Source: Candidatus Eiseniibacteriota bacterium
GTDB taxonomy: Bacteria > Eisenbacteria > RBG-16-71-46 > CAIMUX01 > VGJL01
Length of the DNA stretch: 48,991 bases
Direction of reading: 5' to 3'
Assembly (NCBI GenBank): GCA_041946735.1
Contig: JBHGAY010000035.1
Span: forward strand, 1 to 48,991
The notes beneath the pieces were generated by a model that made no database searches, was not told the origin of the DNA, and was given only the letters and a program-made list of their open reading frames with translations. Shown piece by piece: positions 8,329 through 17,458 of the stretch. How positions within the stretch are numbered: position 1 is the first letter of the stretch; the number at the start of each line of letters is the position of its first letter. Both the position numbers and the translations under genes were made by a program.

Positions 8329-11160
8329 TCAGCGGCCGAGGATCGTCAGCTTCCGGGCGTCGACCTGCCGGCCCCCGACCATGAGCCGGACGAAGTAGGT
8401 CCCGGACGGAATGTCTCGCGGAGCCGACCAGGAGAGCTCCTGCCGTCCCGCTCCATAGGAGCCGCCCGCGAGCGGGCCGACCACGCGACCGGAGGGATCG
8501 ATCAGGTCGAACGCCACATCCGGCGCGGCGATCGGGAGCGAGAAGGCCAAACGGCCACTGCCCGGCGAAGGGACCGGCGCGATCCCCGTGATCCGGGGCG
8601 CCGCATCGAGCGGGAGGGTCGATGTCTCCACGTGCCCGGGCTCCATCCAGCGCACGACGGTCGCATAGTCGGGGCCGGGGGAGACGACGACCGCGGTCCG
8701 CGTCGCAACGCAGTAGTCGAAGAAGACGCCCTGCGCAGGCAGCGGCACCGACTCGCCGTCGCGCACCAGCGATCCCAGCCCGCTCTCCGGGGCCGCGAGG
8801 ACGATCGACTCGCCCGCCTCGTCAGCGCGCACCTGGACGACCTTCCCGTAGGCGGCGTAGTTCTCCGTGCCGAGCAGGTCGCCGGTCGCGGGGTCGACGC
8901 GAACCACGGTCATGCCATCGAAGTGGCCGACGGCCATCTCGTCGTGAACCGCGTCGTAGTCGAGACGAAGGGGCCCGTCGCCGCGTCCCCAGGTGTCGAT
9001 CCGGGTCGAATTGGCGCCGTCGATCCGCATCGTCGTCACGGTCTCGCCGAGGTAGTTCGTGCAGGTCGCGTAGTCGCCCGTCGCCTCGAACGCGAGGCGG
9101 ATCGGGAAGTCGCCCACCCAGACCTCCGCCACGACGGCGTGCGTCGCCGTGTCGATCACCCGCACCTTGTCCTCGAAGCTGACCGCCACGAGAACCTCGT
9201 TGCCGTCGGGGCTGACGGCGATCCCGCTGCCGACCATGCTCGCGATCAGGAGCAGGCCGATCTCCCCCACCGGCGTCTGGGCGACCACGTGGCTCGCCGG
9301 CCCGTCGAGCGCAACCGCGAAGACGTAGTTCCCGGCGACGTCGGCCACGTAGGCGGTCTCGTCACCCGGGGCGATCACGACGTCAATCGGGTAGTTGCCG
9401 CAGGGGACGTTCGCAACGACCTGATCGGTCTGCAGATCGAGGACGGAGAGCTTCCCCGGTGTGACGCTGGTCACGAGCGCCCATCGAGAATCGGAGGTGA
9501 TCGCCACCTCCTGGGGGTGCGACCCGACCGGCACGATCGCCTCGATCGAGAGCGAGCCGAGATCGAGAATCGTGAGGTTGCCGGAGAGGACGTTGGTGAC
9601 GACCGCCTTCGAGCCGTCGGGCGTGATCGCTACGCGGCGCGGTGCGTCCCCCTCCGGCGGCTCGCCGCTCTCGGTCGAGCCGAGCCAAGCCGGAGCGCTG
9701 GGGACGGTGAAGTCGTAGAAGAAGAGGCTCTCGCTCCTGTGGGGATCGAACGCGACCGCGCGGCGGGCGACCGGTGAGACCGCCCCGCTCTGCTCGGGGT
9801 TCCCCGACCACTGGCCGACCACCGACTCCGTGGCGAAGGAGACGATCGAGAGCGTGTTCTGCCCCCCGACCGCGTAGGCGTGGTCGCCGGTGACGCCGAT
9901 CCAGAACGGGCTCAGCGTCTGGTTGAAGAGGACGTAGTCATGCGTCGGGAAGCGCACGATCGCGCTACGGTTGTTGCCCTCGCTGACGAAGACCTTCGAG
10001 CCGTCCTGGTTGACCGCCATCTCGATCGTAGGTCCCCACGTGATCCCCGCCGGGGTGACGGTCGTCAACTTCGTGAACGTGGCAAGGTCGATCTGATGGA
10101 GCTGAAAGGTGCCGATTCCCATCGCGATCGCTCGCGCTCCGTCTCCGGATAGGGCGACGCTGCACACGTTCGGGACGCCGGAGATCGTGTGATCGTTCAC
10201 CCCGGTCGTCGTGTCGTAGAACCGGATGCTGTTCTGCCAGTCCCCGGTGAAGACGTGCGTCCCGTCCGGAGTGACCTCGAACGTGAGGAAGGTCGCCCAG
10301 AACCGGCCGTTCTCGCTGTTGTAGCTGTAGCTCGCCAGCTCCATCGGGAAGTTGGGAATCACGAGAACCCGCGTCATCGTCGCCAGGTCGATCTTCTCGC
10401 AGGTGTCTCCCAGCTCGGTGGACGTGTAGGCGTAGCGCCCGTCCGGGCTCAGGCGCACGATCCACGGGCGAGACCCCGCGATCGGGACGATCCCGGCGAC
10501 GGTGTAGTCAGAGAGGTCGATCACGTAGACGGCGTTCGAGAACGGGCAGGCGACGACGGCGAGATCGTTCGTCGCCGCGACCCCGTAGGGAAGATCGCCG
10601 ACGGCGACGTTGGCGAGCACCTGCTTCGTCGACGCGTCGAAGACCGTGACGTTGTCGGTCATCATGTTCGTGAGCACGACGCGCGAGCCGTCGGGTGTGT
10701 AAGCGACGCGGCCGAGGTCGTCCCCCTCGACCGGCACGCCCGGGTCGATGCTCCAGGCGGCATGCGATCGTGTGCCGCGGTCACAAGACCCAAGGTTCTG
10801 AGCAACTCCCGCAAAACTCGGATCGAACACCGTGCCGCGCTCGACCGGAACGACGGTGATCGAGGGGCCGGCGGAATGCCCAGGATCGACCGGCGCGGCG
10901 GCGGCGAGCGCCGGAGCCTGCAACCCGGCCGGAATGGTGAGCAGGAAAGTGAGCGCGAGCGCGAGCGCCGGAGCGGGAGGGACAGTGAGGGCGCGAGTGA
11001 GAGTGAGCGGGCGGCCAGAAAGAGTGAAGACGCGACTGCGAGCGTGAGTGCGAGCGTGTGTGCGAGCGTGACTGCGGGTGAGAGTGCGAGCAAGCGACGA
11101 GGCAACGAACGGCGCGATCGGGACGATCCCCCTGCCCGGACGAACCCAGCGGCATTCCAT
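8329..11160 (-). CDS. Secreted YVTN/YncE-type double beta-propeller protein with a FlgD-Ig-like C-terminal domain (start uncertain)
   Basis: Repeated P-x-x-V-A-x-[TS]PDG-x-x-x-x-V-x-N...V-x-V-[IF]D motifs. C-terminus LIDPSGRVV..L...WSAPRDIPSGTYFVRL...RKLTIL. Confidence 0.88.
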   Translation of the reverse strand: MECRWVRPGRGIVPIAPFVASSLARTLTRSHARTHARTHARSRVFTLSGRPLTLTRALTVPPAPALALALTFLLTIPAGLQAPALAAAAPVDPGHSAGPSITVVPVERGTVFDPSFAGVAQNLGSCDRGTRSHAAWSIDPGVPVEGDDLGRVAYTPDGSRVVLTNMMTDNVTVFDASTKQVLANVAVGDLPYGVAATNDLAVVACPFSNAVYVIDLSDYTVAGIVPIAGSRPWIVRLSPDGRYAYTSTELGDTCEKIDLATMTRVLVIPNFPMELASYSYNSENGRFWATFLTFEVTPDGTHVFTGDWQNSIRFYDTTTGVNDHTISGVPNVCSVALSGDGARAIAMGIGTFQLHQIDLATFTKLTTVTPAGITWGPTIEMAVNQDGSKVFVSEGNNRSAIVRFPTHDYVLFNQTLSPFWIGVTGDHAYAVGGQNTLSIVSFATESVVGQWSGNPEQSGAVSPVARRAVAFDPHRSESLFFYDFTVPSAPAWLGSTESGEPPEGDAPRRVAITPDGSKAVVTNVLSGNLTILDLGSLSIEAIVPVGSHPQEVAITSDSRWALVTSVTPGKLSVLDLQTDQVVANVPCGNYPIDVVIAPGDETAYVADVAGNYVFAVALDGPASHVVAQTPVGEIGLLLIASMVGSGIAVSPDGNEVLVAVSFEDKVRVIDTATHAVVAEVWVGDFPIRLAFEATGDYATCTNYLGETVTTMRIDGANSTRIDTWGRGDGPLRLDYDAVHDEMAVGHFDGMTVVRVDPATGDLLGTENYAAYGKVVQVRADEAGESIVLAAPESGLGSLVRDGESVPLPAQGVFFDYCVATRTAVVVSPGPDYATVVRWMEPGHVETSTLPLDAAPRITGIAPVPSPGSGRLAFSLPIAAPDVAFDLIDPSGRVVGPLAGGSYGAGRQELSWSAPRDIPSGTYFVRLMVGGRQVDARKLTILGR
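11032..11091. repeat. 12-bp tandem repeat (x5) in the 5' part of the YVTN gene
   Basis: Units resembling GTGAGTGCGAGC, encoding ARTH/ARSR. Confidence 0.7.
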
Positions 11161-11679
11161 GGCGCTTTCCCCCCTGCCCCGAGCGCGGGAGAGTCACTTC
11201 TCCCGCGGCGATTCGAGGCGGGCGGAGTCTACCACCGGCACTCGGGCGCTTCGAGGCCTTGCGCGCGACCAGCGGAGCCTCCTTGTCCGGGCGAAATGTG
11301 TCTTGGAATGACGACACCCGGGGAGCGAGCGAACGACGTAATCCTTTTCGCAGGGCGAGCTTGCGGCCCCGCAGTCAACGGCGCTTCCCATCCGACCAAG
11401 TGACAGGAGTCGCCCACGATCGGGCGTAGGGTCGCCGGGCCCTCCACGCAAGGACGAGCGAAGGCGGCGCCGCCGCCTCGACCGGCCTCCGGACACGCCG
11501 GCAATGCGTTACGAGACAGGGGCGGGACCGAAGCAGTTTTCGACTCCCGCCGGGTGCCCCGATCCCAACGGGTCCTCCCCCGCGTCTCCGACGGGGAAGC
11601 CTGTCAGTGCCGCAGCGCATCCGCTCTCCCGGCTTACGGATGTCTATCGGCGCCAAGCGCTTGGCCGTGTCGACGAGGA

Positions 11680-11695
11680 TAGGCATGAAAGCTGC
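11680..11695 (+). promoter_or_regulatory. Sigma54 (-24/-12) promoter upstream of the PEP-CTERM gene
   Basis: TAGGCATGAAAGCTGC has GG-N10-GC spacing and lies about 86 bp before the ATG. Confidence 0.6.
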
Positions 11696-11781
11696 GGTAA
11701 AGAGTCGACAGCGTGGCCGCTGGCCAGCGGAGGCAGGATGTGCCGCTGGCCGCAGCTGCTTTTTTGCACCGGAGGTCAGAC

Positions 11782-12468
11782 ATGAAGAAACGCCTGCTCT
11801 TCGCGAACGTGCTTCTTGCGCTCGTTCTCGCTGCGCTTCTAATCCCGTCCACTGCCGCCGCGTTCACCGGCTCGCTGACTAGCCCGATCGGCATCACCGG
11901 GACAGGCGCCTGGATCTTGACGGGACCGACCACGATCGAGTGGACCGTCACGCCAGTCGGATACTACTGGCACTACCACTACGAGCTCACCCATCCGCTC
12001 GGCAATACCAGCCACTTCATCTTCGAGGTTTCTCCGACCTTCGTGCTGACCGACATGTGGGGCTGGTCGGGCGATATCAAGACCGTCGACGGCGGTCCCT
12101 TTCTACAGGACTGGACGAGTCAGCAGGGGAATCCGGGCATGCCTGGGACCCTGCATGGAGTGAAGTTCAACGCGAGCGGCACTACGACAAACTCGATCTA
12201 CGACTTCTATAGTAGCCGGATGCCCGTCTGGGGCGACTTCTACGCGAAAGACGGAGATTCCGGGCAGCAGGGCACGGACACTGCCTGGAACGCGGGCTTC
12301 ACTGACGACGACGCGGATCCCGACGCTCCCGCCGCGGATGGATCGATCGACTATCACATCCTGGTCCCTGACACGCTCACTTCTGTCCCCGAGCCGGGCA
12401 CGGTTCTGCTGCTCGGCGTCGGCTTGCTTGGCGGCGAGCTGGTGAGGAGGCGCAGGAAGCGCGGCTGA
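11782..12468 (+). CDS. PEP-CTERM sorting domain-containing surface protein
   Basis: GGAGG RBS; signal peptide MKKRLLFANVLLALVLAALLIPSTAAA; C-terminal VPEPGTVLLLGVGLLGGELVRRRRKRG (PEP motif, TM helix, basic tail). Confidence 0.93.
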   Translation: MKKRLLFANVLLALVLAALLIPSTAAAFTGSLTSPIGITGTGAWILTGPTTIEWTVTPVGYYWHYHYELTHPLGNTSHFIFEVSPTFVLTDMWGWSGDIKTVDGGPFLQDWTSQQGNPGMPGTLHGVKFNASGTTTNSIYDFYSSRMPVWGDFYAKDGDSGQQGTDTAWNAGFTDDDADPDAPAADGSIDYHILVPDTLTSVPEPGTVLLLGVGLLGGELVRRRRKRG

Positions 12469-12499
12469 GAAGCGGCACGAGCCTCTGGTTCTGGTACGC

Positions 12500-12533
12500 G
12501 GCGGGCCTCCTTCGGGAAGTCCGCCTTCGTATC
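12500..12533 (+). terminator. Possible intrinsic terminator after the PEP-CTERM gene
   Basis: Hairpin GGCGGGCCTCC-TTCG-GGAAGTCCGCC with a C(UUCG)G loop and a weak T-rich tail. Confidence 0.45.
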
Positions 12534-12571
12534 TCGTCCCGCAGGCCCGGGGCGGCGAGCGGCGGCGCGAA

Positions 12572-13774
12572 TTACGGCCGCTGGCCCGCGTGCTTGCCCA
12601 TCGGCAGGTGTGCGCCCTCGCCCTCCGCGTGCACAGGGGCGGCCTCGTCCTCCAGCTCCATCCGAATAGCGAGGAAGCGCAGGAGGTCCTTGAGCGTCAA
12701 GAGTCCGACGAGGCGATCCCCTTCGGTCACGAGCAGGCGGCCACGGTGCGTGCGGTGCATGACCGCGAGCGCGCGCGTCGCATCCTCGCCGGGCCCGATG
12801 CGCTCTTCGGGCGCCACGGCGCGCGCCACCATGCCGACTCGTCGCATCGGCCAGTCCTCGCGAGCGACGGCCCGTAGCTCGTCGGTGCTGATCGAGCCGA
12901 GGAGCTGACCGTCCTCCGACAGCACCGGGTAGAGCTTGTACGGATGGCGGTAGAGATACTCGTCGACGAACCGATCGAGCGGCAGCTCGGGCCGGACGGT
13001 CACCGGCCGCCGCTCCATGAAGCGCTCGACCGGCTCCCCTTCCAGCGCGCGTCGCACGAGGAGCTGGCGGTAGGAGACCTCCGAAGCATTCCGGAGGAAG
13101 ATACCGATCATGAACCACCAGAGCCCGCCGACGAAGTTGCCCATCAGCACCTGGAACACGCCGAGGACGATCAGGGCGATCGCGAAGCCGGATCCCAGTC
13201 GCGAGGCGACTCGCGTCGCCCAGCGCAGGTTCTTCTTCCATCCCCACAGGGCCGCCCGGAGCACGCGGCCCCCGTCGAGCGGGAAGGCGGGGATCAGGTT
13301 GAACGCGGCGAGGACGAGGTTGATGACCGCGAGGTAGGCGGTGACTCCGAAGAACGGCAGGCCCCAACCGGCCGAACCGCCGAGTTGGTGCAGGCCGTAG
13401 AAGCCACCCGCCAGCAGGACGCTCGACAGCGGGCCGGCAATCGCCATCAGGAACTCGGCTCGGGCGTTCGGCGGCTCGTCCCCCATCTCGGCGACGCCCC
13501 CGAAGATGAAGAGAGTGATGCCGCCCATGTGCATCCCCTGCCGCCTGGCGACGAGCGAATGGCACAGCTCGTGGAAAATGATCGAGCCGAACATTCCGAC
13601 CATCGCCGCGATCCCCATCCAGAAGTAGGTGTGTCGTGGCAGGTACCGGTAATAGGCCGGGAAGAGGCCTCCGGCCAGCGACCAGACGATCAGGGCCGCG
13701 AGGACGATCCAGCTCAGGTCGATCCGGACGTCGAACCCGAGCAGCCGGAACAGGCGGATCCTCTTGCCGAACAT
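12572..13774 (-). CDS. Site-2 protease (M50) with a C-terminal CBS pair
   Basis: HELCH zinc motif, NLIPAFPLDGGR motif, multiple TM helices, two CBS domains. Confidence 0.95.
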   Translation of the reverse strand: MFGKRIRLFRLLGFDVRIDLSWIVLAALIVWSLAGGLFPAYYRYLPRHTYFWMGIAAMVGMFGSIIFHELCHSLVARRQGMHMGGITLFIFGGVAEMGDEPPNARAEFLMAIAGPLSSVLLAGGFYGLHQLGGSAGWGLPFFGVTAYLAVINLVLAAFNLIPAFPLDGGRVLRAALWGWKKNLRWATRVASRLGSGFAIALIVLGVFQVLMGNFVGGLWWFMIGIFLRNASEVSYRQLLVRRALEGEPVERFMERRPVTVRPELPLDRFVDEYLYRHPYKLYPVLSEDGQLLGSISTDELRAVAREDWPMRRVGMVARAVAPEERIGPGEDATRALAVMHRTHRGRLLVTEGDRLVGLLTLKDLLRFLAIRMELEDEAAPVHAEGEGAHLPMGKHAGQRP

Positions 13775-13963
13775 CGTCCCCCTCCTCTGCCGGCTGTCCT
13801 TCCTCTACTTTGCCTACTTTCGCCGGGCGCCGGGCGCCGGGAGCCGGGTGCCGGTGCCTTCTTTCATCTTGCCGCGCGGCGCGGCCGTTTGGGATACCTT
13901 TCCGGGATCCTGGATCCGGCGTTTCCTGCGGAATGAGCGCCGGAAGGAATCGGAAGGCGGAAC

Positions 13964-14545
13964 GTGTCCATCCTCTTGATCATCGTCACGGTCGCGACGA
14001 GCCTGATCGGCTTCTCCTCCCGATCGCTCTTTCGCCAGTTCGCGCTGTCCCCGTATGAGGTCCTGCATCAGGGACGCTGGTATCAGATGCTCACCTCCGG
14101 CTTCCTCCACGCCGACCTGGGGCATCTGCTGATGAACCTGATCTCGTTCTTCTTCTTCGCAATTCCGATGGAGAGGATGATCGGCGGGGAGAGATTGCTG
14201 CTGCTCTACCTTGGCAGCCTGCTGGCGGGAAGCGTGATGACGCTCCTGTTGCACGGGAAGGATCCGCGCTACCACGCCGTCGGGGCATCGGGAGCGGTGA
14301 GCGGCGTGGTCTTCGGATTCGTGCTGTTCCGCCCCTTCGCGCCGATCTATATCTTTTTCATCCCGATCGGCATTCCCGCCCTGCTCTTCGCCGTCGGCTA
14401 CGTGCTCCTCTCGATCTACGGAGCGAGACGCGCCCGGAGCGCGACCGGGCACGCGGCGCATCTCGGCGGAGCGATCGGCGGCGTCCTGCTCACCGTCCTT
14501 CTGTATCCCGCCGTGGTCTCGATCTTCCTGTCGCACTTCCGCTGA
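13964..14545 (+). CDS. Rhomboid family intramembrane serine protease
   Basis: TSGFLHAD..HL.MN, GASG (catalytic Ser) and AHLGGA (catalytic His). Confidence 0.95.
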   Translation: MSILLIIVTVATSLIGFSSRSLFRQFALSPYEVLHQGRWYQMLTSGFLHADLGHLLMNLISFFFFAIPMERMIGGERLLLLYLGSLLAGSVMTLLLHGKDPRYHAVGASGAVSGVVFGFVLFRPFAPIYIFFIPIGIPALLFAVGYVLLSIYGARRARSATGHAAHLGGAIGGVLLTVLLYPAVVSIFLSHFR

Positions 14546-14709
14546 CCGCGTGCGCGCCGGGAGCGAACCGCTCGGTCCACCGCTCAGCCCATCGCCGCGC
14601 CCGCGCCCGCGCCGGCGCGCGCGGGGGCGAAGCGAACCCGGAACGTATGGCATCCGCACACCCCAACGCAGCGCCCCCGCCCGCCCGCCTGCGCGCGGCG
14701 AGGCGCAGG

Positions 14710-14727
14710 GTCGAAAGTCCTTTCGAC
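14710..14727. promoter_or_regulatory. Perfect palindrome, candidate operator upstream of the glgC pair
   Basis: GTCGAAAG-TC-CTTTCGAC, with a TAGGAT -10-like hexamer about 17 bp downstream. Confidence 0.4.
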
Positions 14728-14803
14728 GTTTGCATGCCGCGGCTAGGATCGGGCCAGGTGATCATCCGGGGCCGAGCAGCCCCGGCGCGACGGAGCGCTT
14801 CTC

Positions 14804-16045
14804 TTGGTGATCGAGACAAGCCCTACGCAGTCGAGAATCGTAGCCATGATGCTGGCCGGCGGCCGCGTCGGGGAGCTTTCCGTCCTGACCCTTGCCCGCC
14901 CCAAGTCCGCCATGCCGTTCGCCGGCCATTACCGGATCATCGACTTCCCCCTCTCGAACCTGATGCACGCGGGGATCAACCACGTCGGCATCTTGTCGCA
15001 GTACCGGCCAGGAAGCTTGATCGACCACGTCCGCGTCGGCGAGAGCTGGGACTTCGTCGGCCTCGAGCGCGGCGCGAAGATCCTGCCGCCGTTCCGGGGG
15101 GCCGAGGCGTCCGACTGGTACCGCGGCAACGCGGATGCCGTCTACCGGAACCTCGACTACGTCCGTGATCTGGGGGCCGAGCAGGTGCTGATCCTCTCCG
15201 GGGACCACATCTATTCGATGGACTTCGGAGAGCTGATCCGCTTTCACAACGAGCACGAGGCGGACTTCACGATCGCCTTCAAGCGGATGGGGAGCCAATC
15301 GAGCCACCGGTTCGGCTACGGCTCGCTCGAGGAAGACGGCCGCGTCAGCTTCTACGAGGAGAAGCCGCCGCGCCCGCGCACGGACCTGGCCTCCCTGACG
15401 ATCTACGTCGCGAACGTCGAGCCGCTCGCCCAGGCGCTCGAGCAGTGCGTAGGCCTCGACTCCTTCGAGTTCGGCCGCGACGTCATCCCGAGGATGCTGA
15501 CCCGCCACCGGGTCTACGGCTTCGAGTTCGGCGGCTACTGGGCCTACGCGCGGACGATCGATGCCTACTACCAGGCGACGCAGGATCTCATCCTCGGCCG
15601 GATCGACCTGGAGGCGTGGGGGATCCGGACGAACCTGGTCGACTCCGGCGTTGCGGAGAGCCCCGCGACGCGGGTCGAGGCGGGGGCCGAGGTGCGCAAC
15701 TCGCTCATCTCCCCCGGCTGCGTCATCGAAGGGACCGTCCGCGGGTCGGTCCTCTCCCCCGGCGTGCGCGTCGGCAAGGGCGCAATCGTCGAGGGATCGA
15801 TCGTCTTCCAGCGCACCAGCATCGAGGAAGGCGCCCATCTCGAGCGCGCGATCCTCGACAAGGACGTCACGGTCCACCGGGATGCGAAGATCGGCGGCCC
15901 TGCGATGATCGGCGCGGAAATCCGGCCGGACTCGCCGACCGACCTCGGGATCACGGTGATCGGCAAGGGAGCGCACGTCCTCTCGGGGACCACGCTGCCG
16001 GTGGGCCAGGTCGTCCCACCCGGGATGGAGTGGGACAGGCCATGA
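14804..16045 (+). CDS. Glucose-1-phosphate adenylyltransferase family protein with a divergent active-site loop (GlgD-like subunit?)
   Basis: LAGGRVGELSVLT..RPKSAMPFAG.YRIIDF.LSN, WYRGNADAV, LILSGDH, YEEKP and C-terminal hexapeptide repeats. Confidence 0.88.
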   Translation: MVIETSPTQSRIVAMMLAGGRVGELSVLTLARPKSAMPFAGHYRIIDFPLSNLMHAGINHVGILSQYRPGSLIDHVRVGESWDFVGLERGAKILPPFRGAEASDWYRGNADAVYRNLDYVRDLGAEQVLILSGDHIYSMDFGELIRFHNEHEADFTIAFKRMGSQSSHRFGYGSLEEDGRVSFYEEKPPRPRTDLASLTIYVANVEPLAQALEQCVGLDSFEFGRDVIPRMLTRHRVYGFEFGGYWAYARTIDAYYQATQDLILGRIDLEAWGIRTNLVDSGVAESPATRVEAGAEVRNSLISPGCVIEGTVRGSVLSPGVRVGKGAIVEGSIVFQRTSIEEGAHLERAILDKDVTVHRDAKIGGPAMIGAEIRPDSPTDLGITVIGKGAHVLSGTTLPVGQVVPPGMEWDRP

Positions 16046-17337
16046 CTCCGCCGCGCGTCGACATGCGCCGGACCCTGGCGCTCCTGCTCGCCGGCGGCGA
16101 GGGAAGCCGCCTGAACTGCCTCGTCCACCGGCGCGCCAAGCCGGCCGTTCCCTTCGGAGCGATCTACCGGATCATCGACTTCGCGCTCTCCAACGTGATG
16201 CACTCCGGCCTCGAGCGCGTCGGGATCCTGACCCAGTACATGCCCTACAGCCTGTCCGATCACATCGGGACGGGCGAGTCGTGGGGGATGATCGGGCGCA
16301 ATCGCGAGGCACGGATCCTTCCGCCGCATCTCGGCCAGCGCGCCTCCGATTGGTATCGCGGCACGGCCGACGCGATCTATCGCAACCTCTCCTACATCGA
16401 CCGGTACAATTCCGACCTCTGCCTGATCCTCTCCGGCGACCACGTCTATCAGATGGACTATGCCCCGATGGTCGCCGAGCACATCCGCGCCGGCGCGGAC
16501 GCGACGATCGCGGTGCGCGAGATCCCGATCGAGGAGGCCTCGAGCTTCGGGACCGTCCTGGTCGATTCGACCGACCGGATCACCGGATTCGAGGAGAAGC
16601 CGGAGAAGCCTCGTAGCGGCTTGATCTCGATGGGGATCTATGTCTTCTCGCGCAAGGTGCTCGTGCGCGAGCTGGAAGAGATCGTCGGGCATCAAGGGCT
16701 GACCGACTTCGGCAAGCACATCTTTCCCGCGATGCTCGAGGAGGGCTGCCATCTCCAGGCGTTCCGCTTCCGCGGCTACTGGCAGGACGTCGGGACGATC
16801 CGCGCCTACTTCGAGAGCCACATGGAAATGCTCGCCCCGGACTCGCCGATCGACCTCGAACGCTGGCGCGTCCGGACGAACCGCAACGAGGAGACGCCGG
16901 GCGACCGGCAGCCGGCGCGCTTCGATCCCTCCGCGCACGTGGAGCGTTCGATCATCGCCGCCGGGACGCGGATCGCCGGCGACGTACGCAACAGCATCCT
17001 CTCCCCCGGCGTCGTCGTGGAGGCCGGCGCGGTCGTCGAGCGATCGGTCCTCATGCACGACACGCGCATCGGAGCGCGCGCCCACCTGCGCGATGCGATC
17101 CTGGACAAGCAGGTCGAGATCGGGCCCGAGGCGGTCGTGGGGGGCATCGGCGATATGGTCCCGAATCGCCGGTTCCCGACGCATCTCGACAGCGGCCAGG
17201 TGCTGATCGGCAAGGGGGCGCGGGTGCCGGCGGGCGCCGTCATCGAGCGCAACACGATCCTCTTCCCGGACGTCTCCATTCCGCGGACGGCCGGGACCGT
17301 CCATTCCGGAGAGACGATCGGCGATCTCGATCCCTGA
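16042..17337 (+). CDS. glgC: Glucose-1-phosphate adenylyltransferase (ADP-glucose pyrophosphorylase)
   Basis: ATGA overlap with the upstream gene. LAGGEGSRL...RAKPAVPFG.IYRIIDFALSN, WYRGTADAI, LILSGDH, FEEKP, DFGKHI.P and YWQDVGT. Confidence 0.95.
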   Translation: MTPPRVDMRRTLALLLAGGEGSRLNCLVHRRAKPAVPFGAIYRIIDFALSNVMHSGLERVGILTQYMPYSLSDHIGTGESWGMIGRNREARILPPHLGQRASDWYRGTADAIYRNLSYIDRYNSDLCLILSGDHVYQMDYAPMVAEHIRAGADATIAVREIPIEEASSFGTVLVDSTDRITGFEEKPEKPRSGLISMGIYVFSRKVLVRELEEIVGHQGLTDFGKHIFPAMLEEGCHLQAFRFRGYWQDVGTIRAYFESHMEMLAPDSPIDLERWRVRTNRNEETPGDRQPARFDPSAHVERSIIAAGTRIAGDVRNSILSPGVVVEAGAVVERSVLMHDTRIGARAHLRDAILDKQVEIGPEAVVGGIGDMVPNRRFPTHLDSGQVLIGKGARVPAGAVIERNTILFPDVSIPRTAGTVHSGETIGDLDP

Positions 17338-17375
17338 TCGCCGGTCGATCGTCCTTCCCTTCTTCATCCGGACGG

Positions 17376-17412
17376 AAAAAAGTTCAGGCGGCCCGAAGCC
17401 GGGCCGCCTGAA
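17376..17412 (-). terminator. Rho-independent terminator for the M14 peptidase gene (possibly bidirectional)
   Basis: 12-bp stem TTCAGGCGGCCC-GAAGCC-GGGCCGCCTGAA with an A6 run on its left, which is a U-tract on the minus strand. Confidence 0.85.
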
Positions 17413-17458
17413 TCGCGTATCGCCGCCGGACATGGATTGCGGCGGAGCGCGTCGAGGA

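Noticed and set aside
11161..11680. Riboswitch or small gene in the long divergent intergenic region
   Set aside because: No recognisable riboswitch core, and the short ORFs lack an RBS, motifs and coding-like composition.
15445..16041. N-terminal extension of the second glgC (630-aa ORF) or a frameshift fusion of the two glgC genes
   Set aside because: Both genes are full length, with a normal ATGA overlap at 16042-16045.
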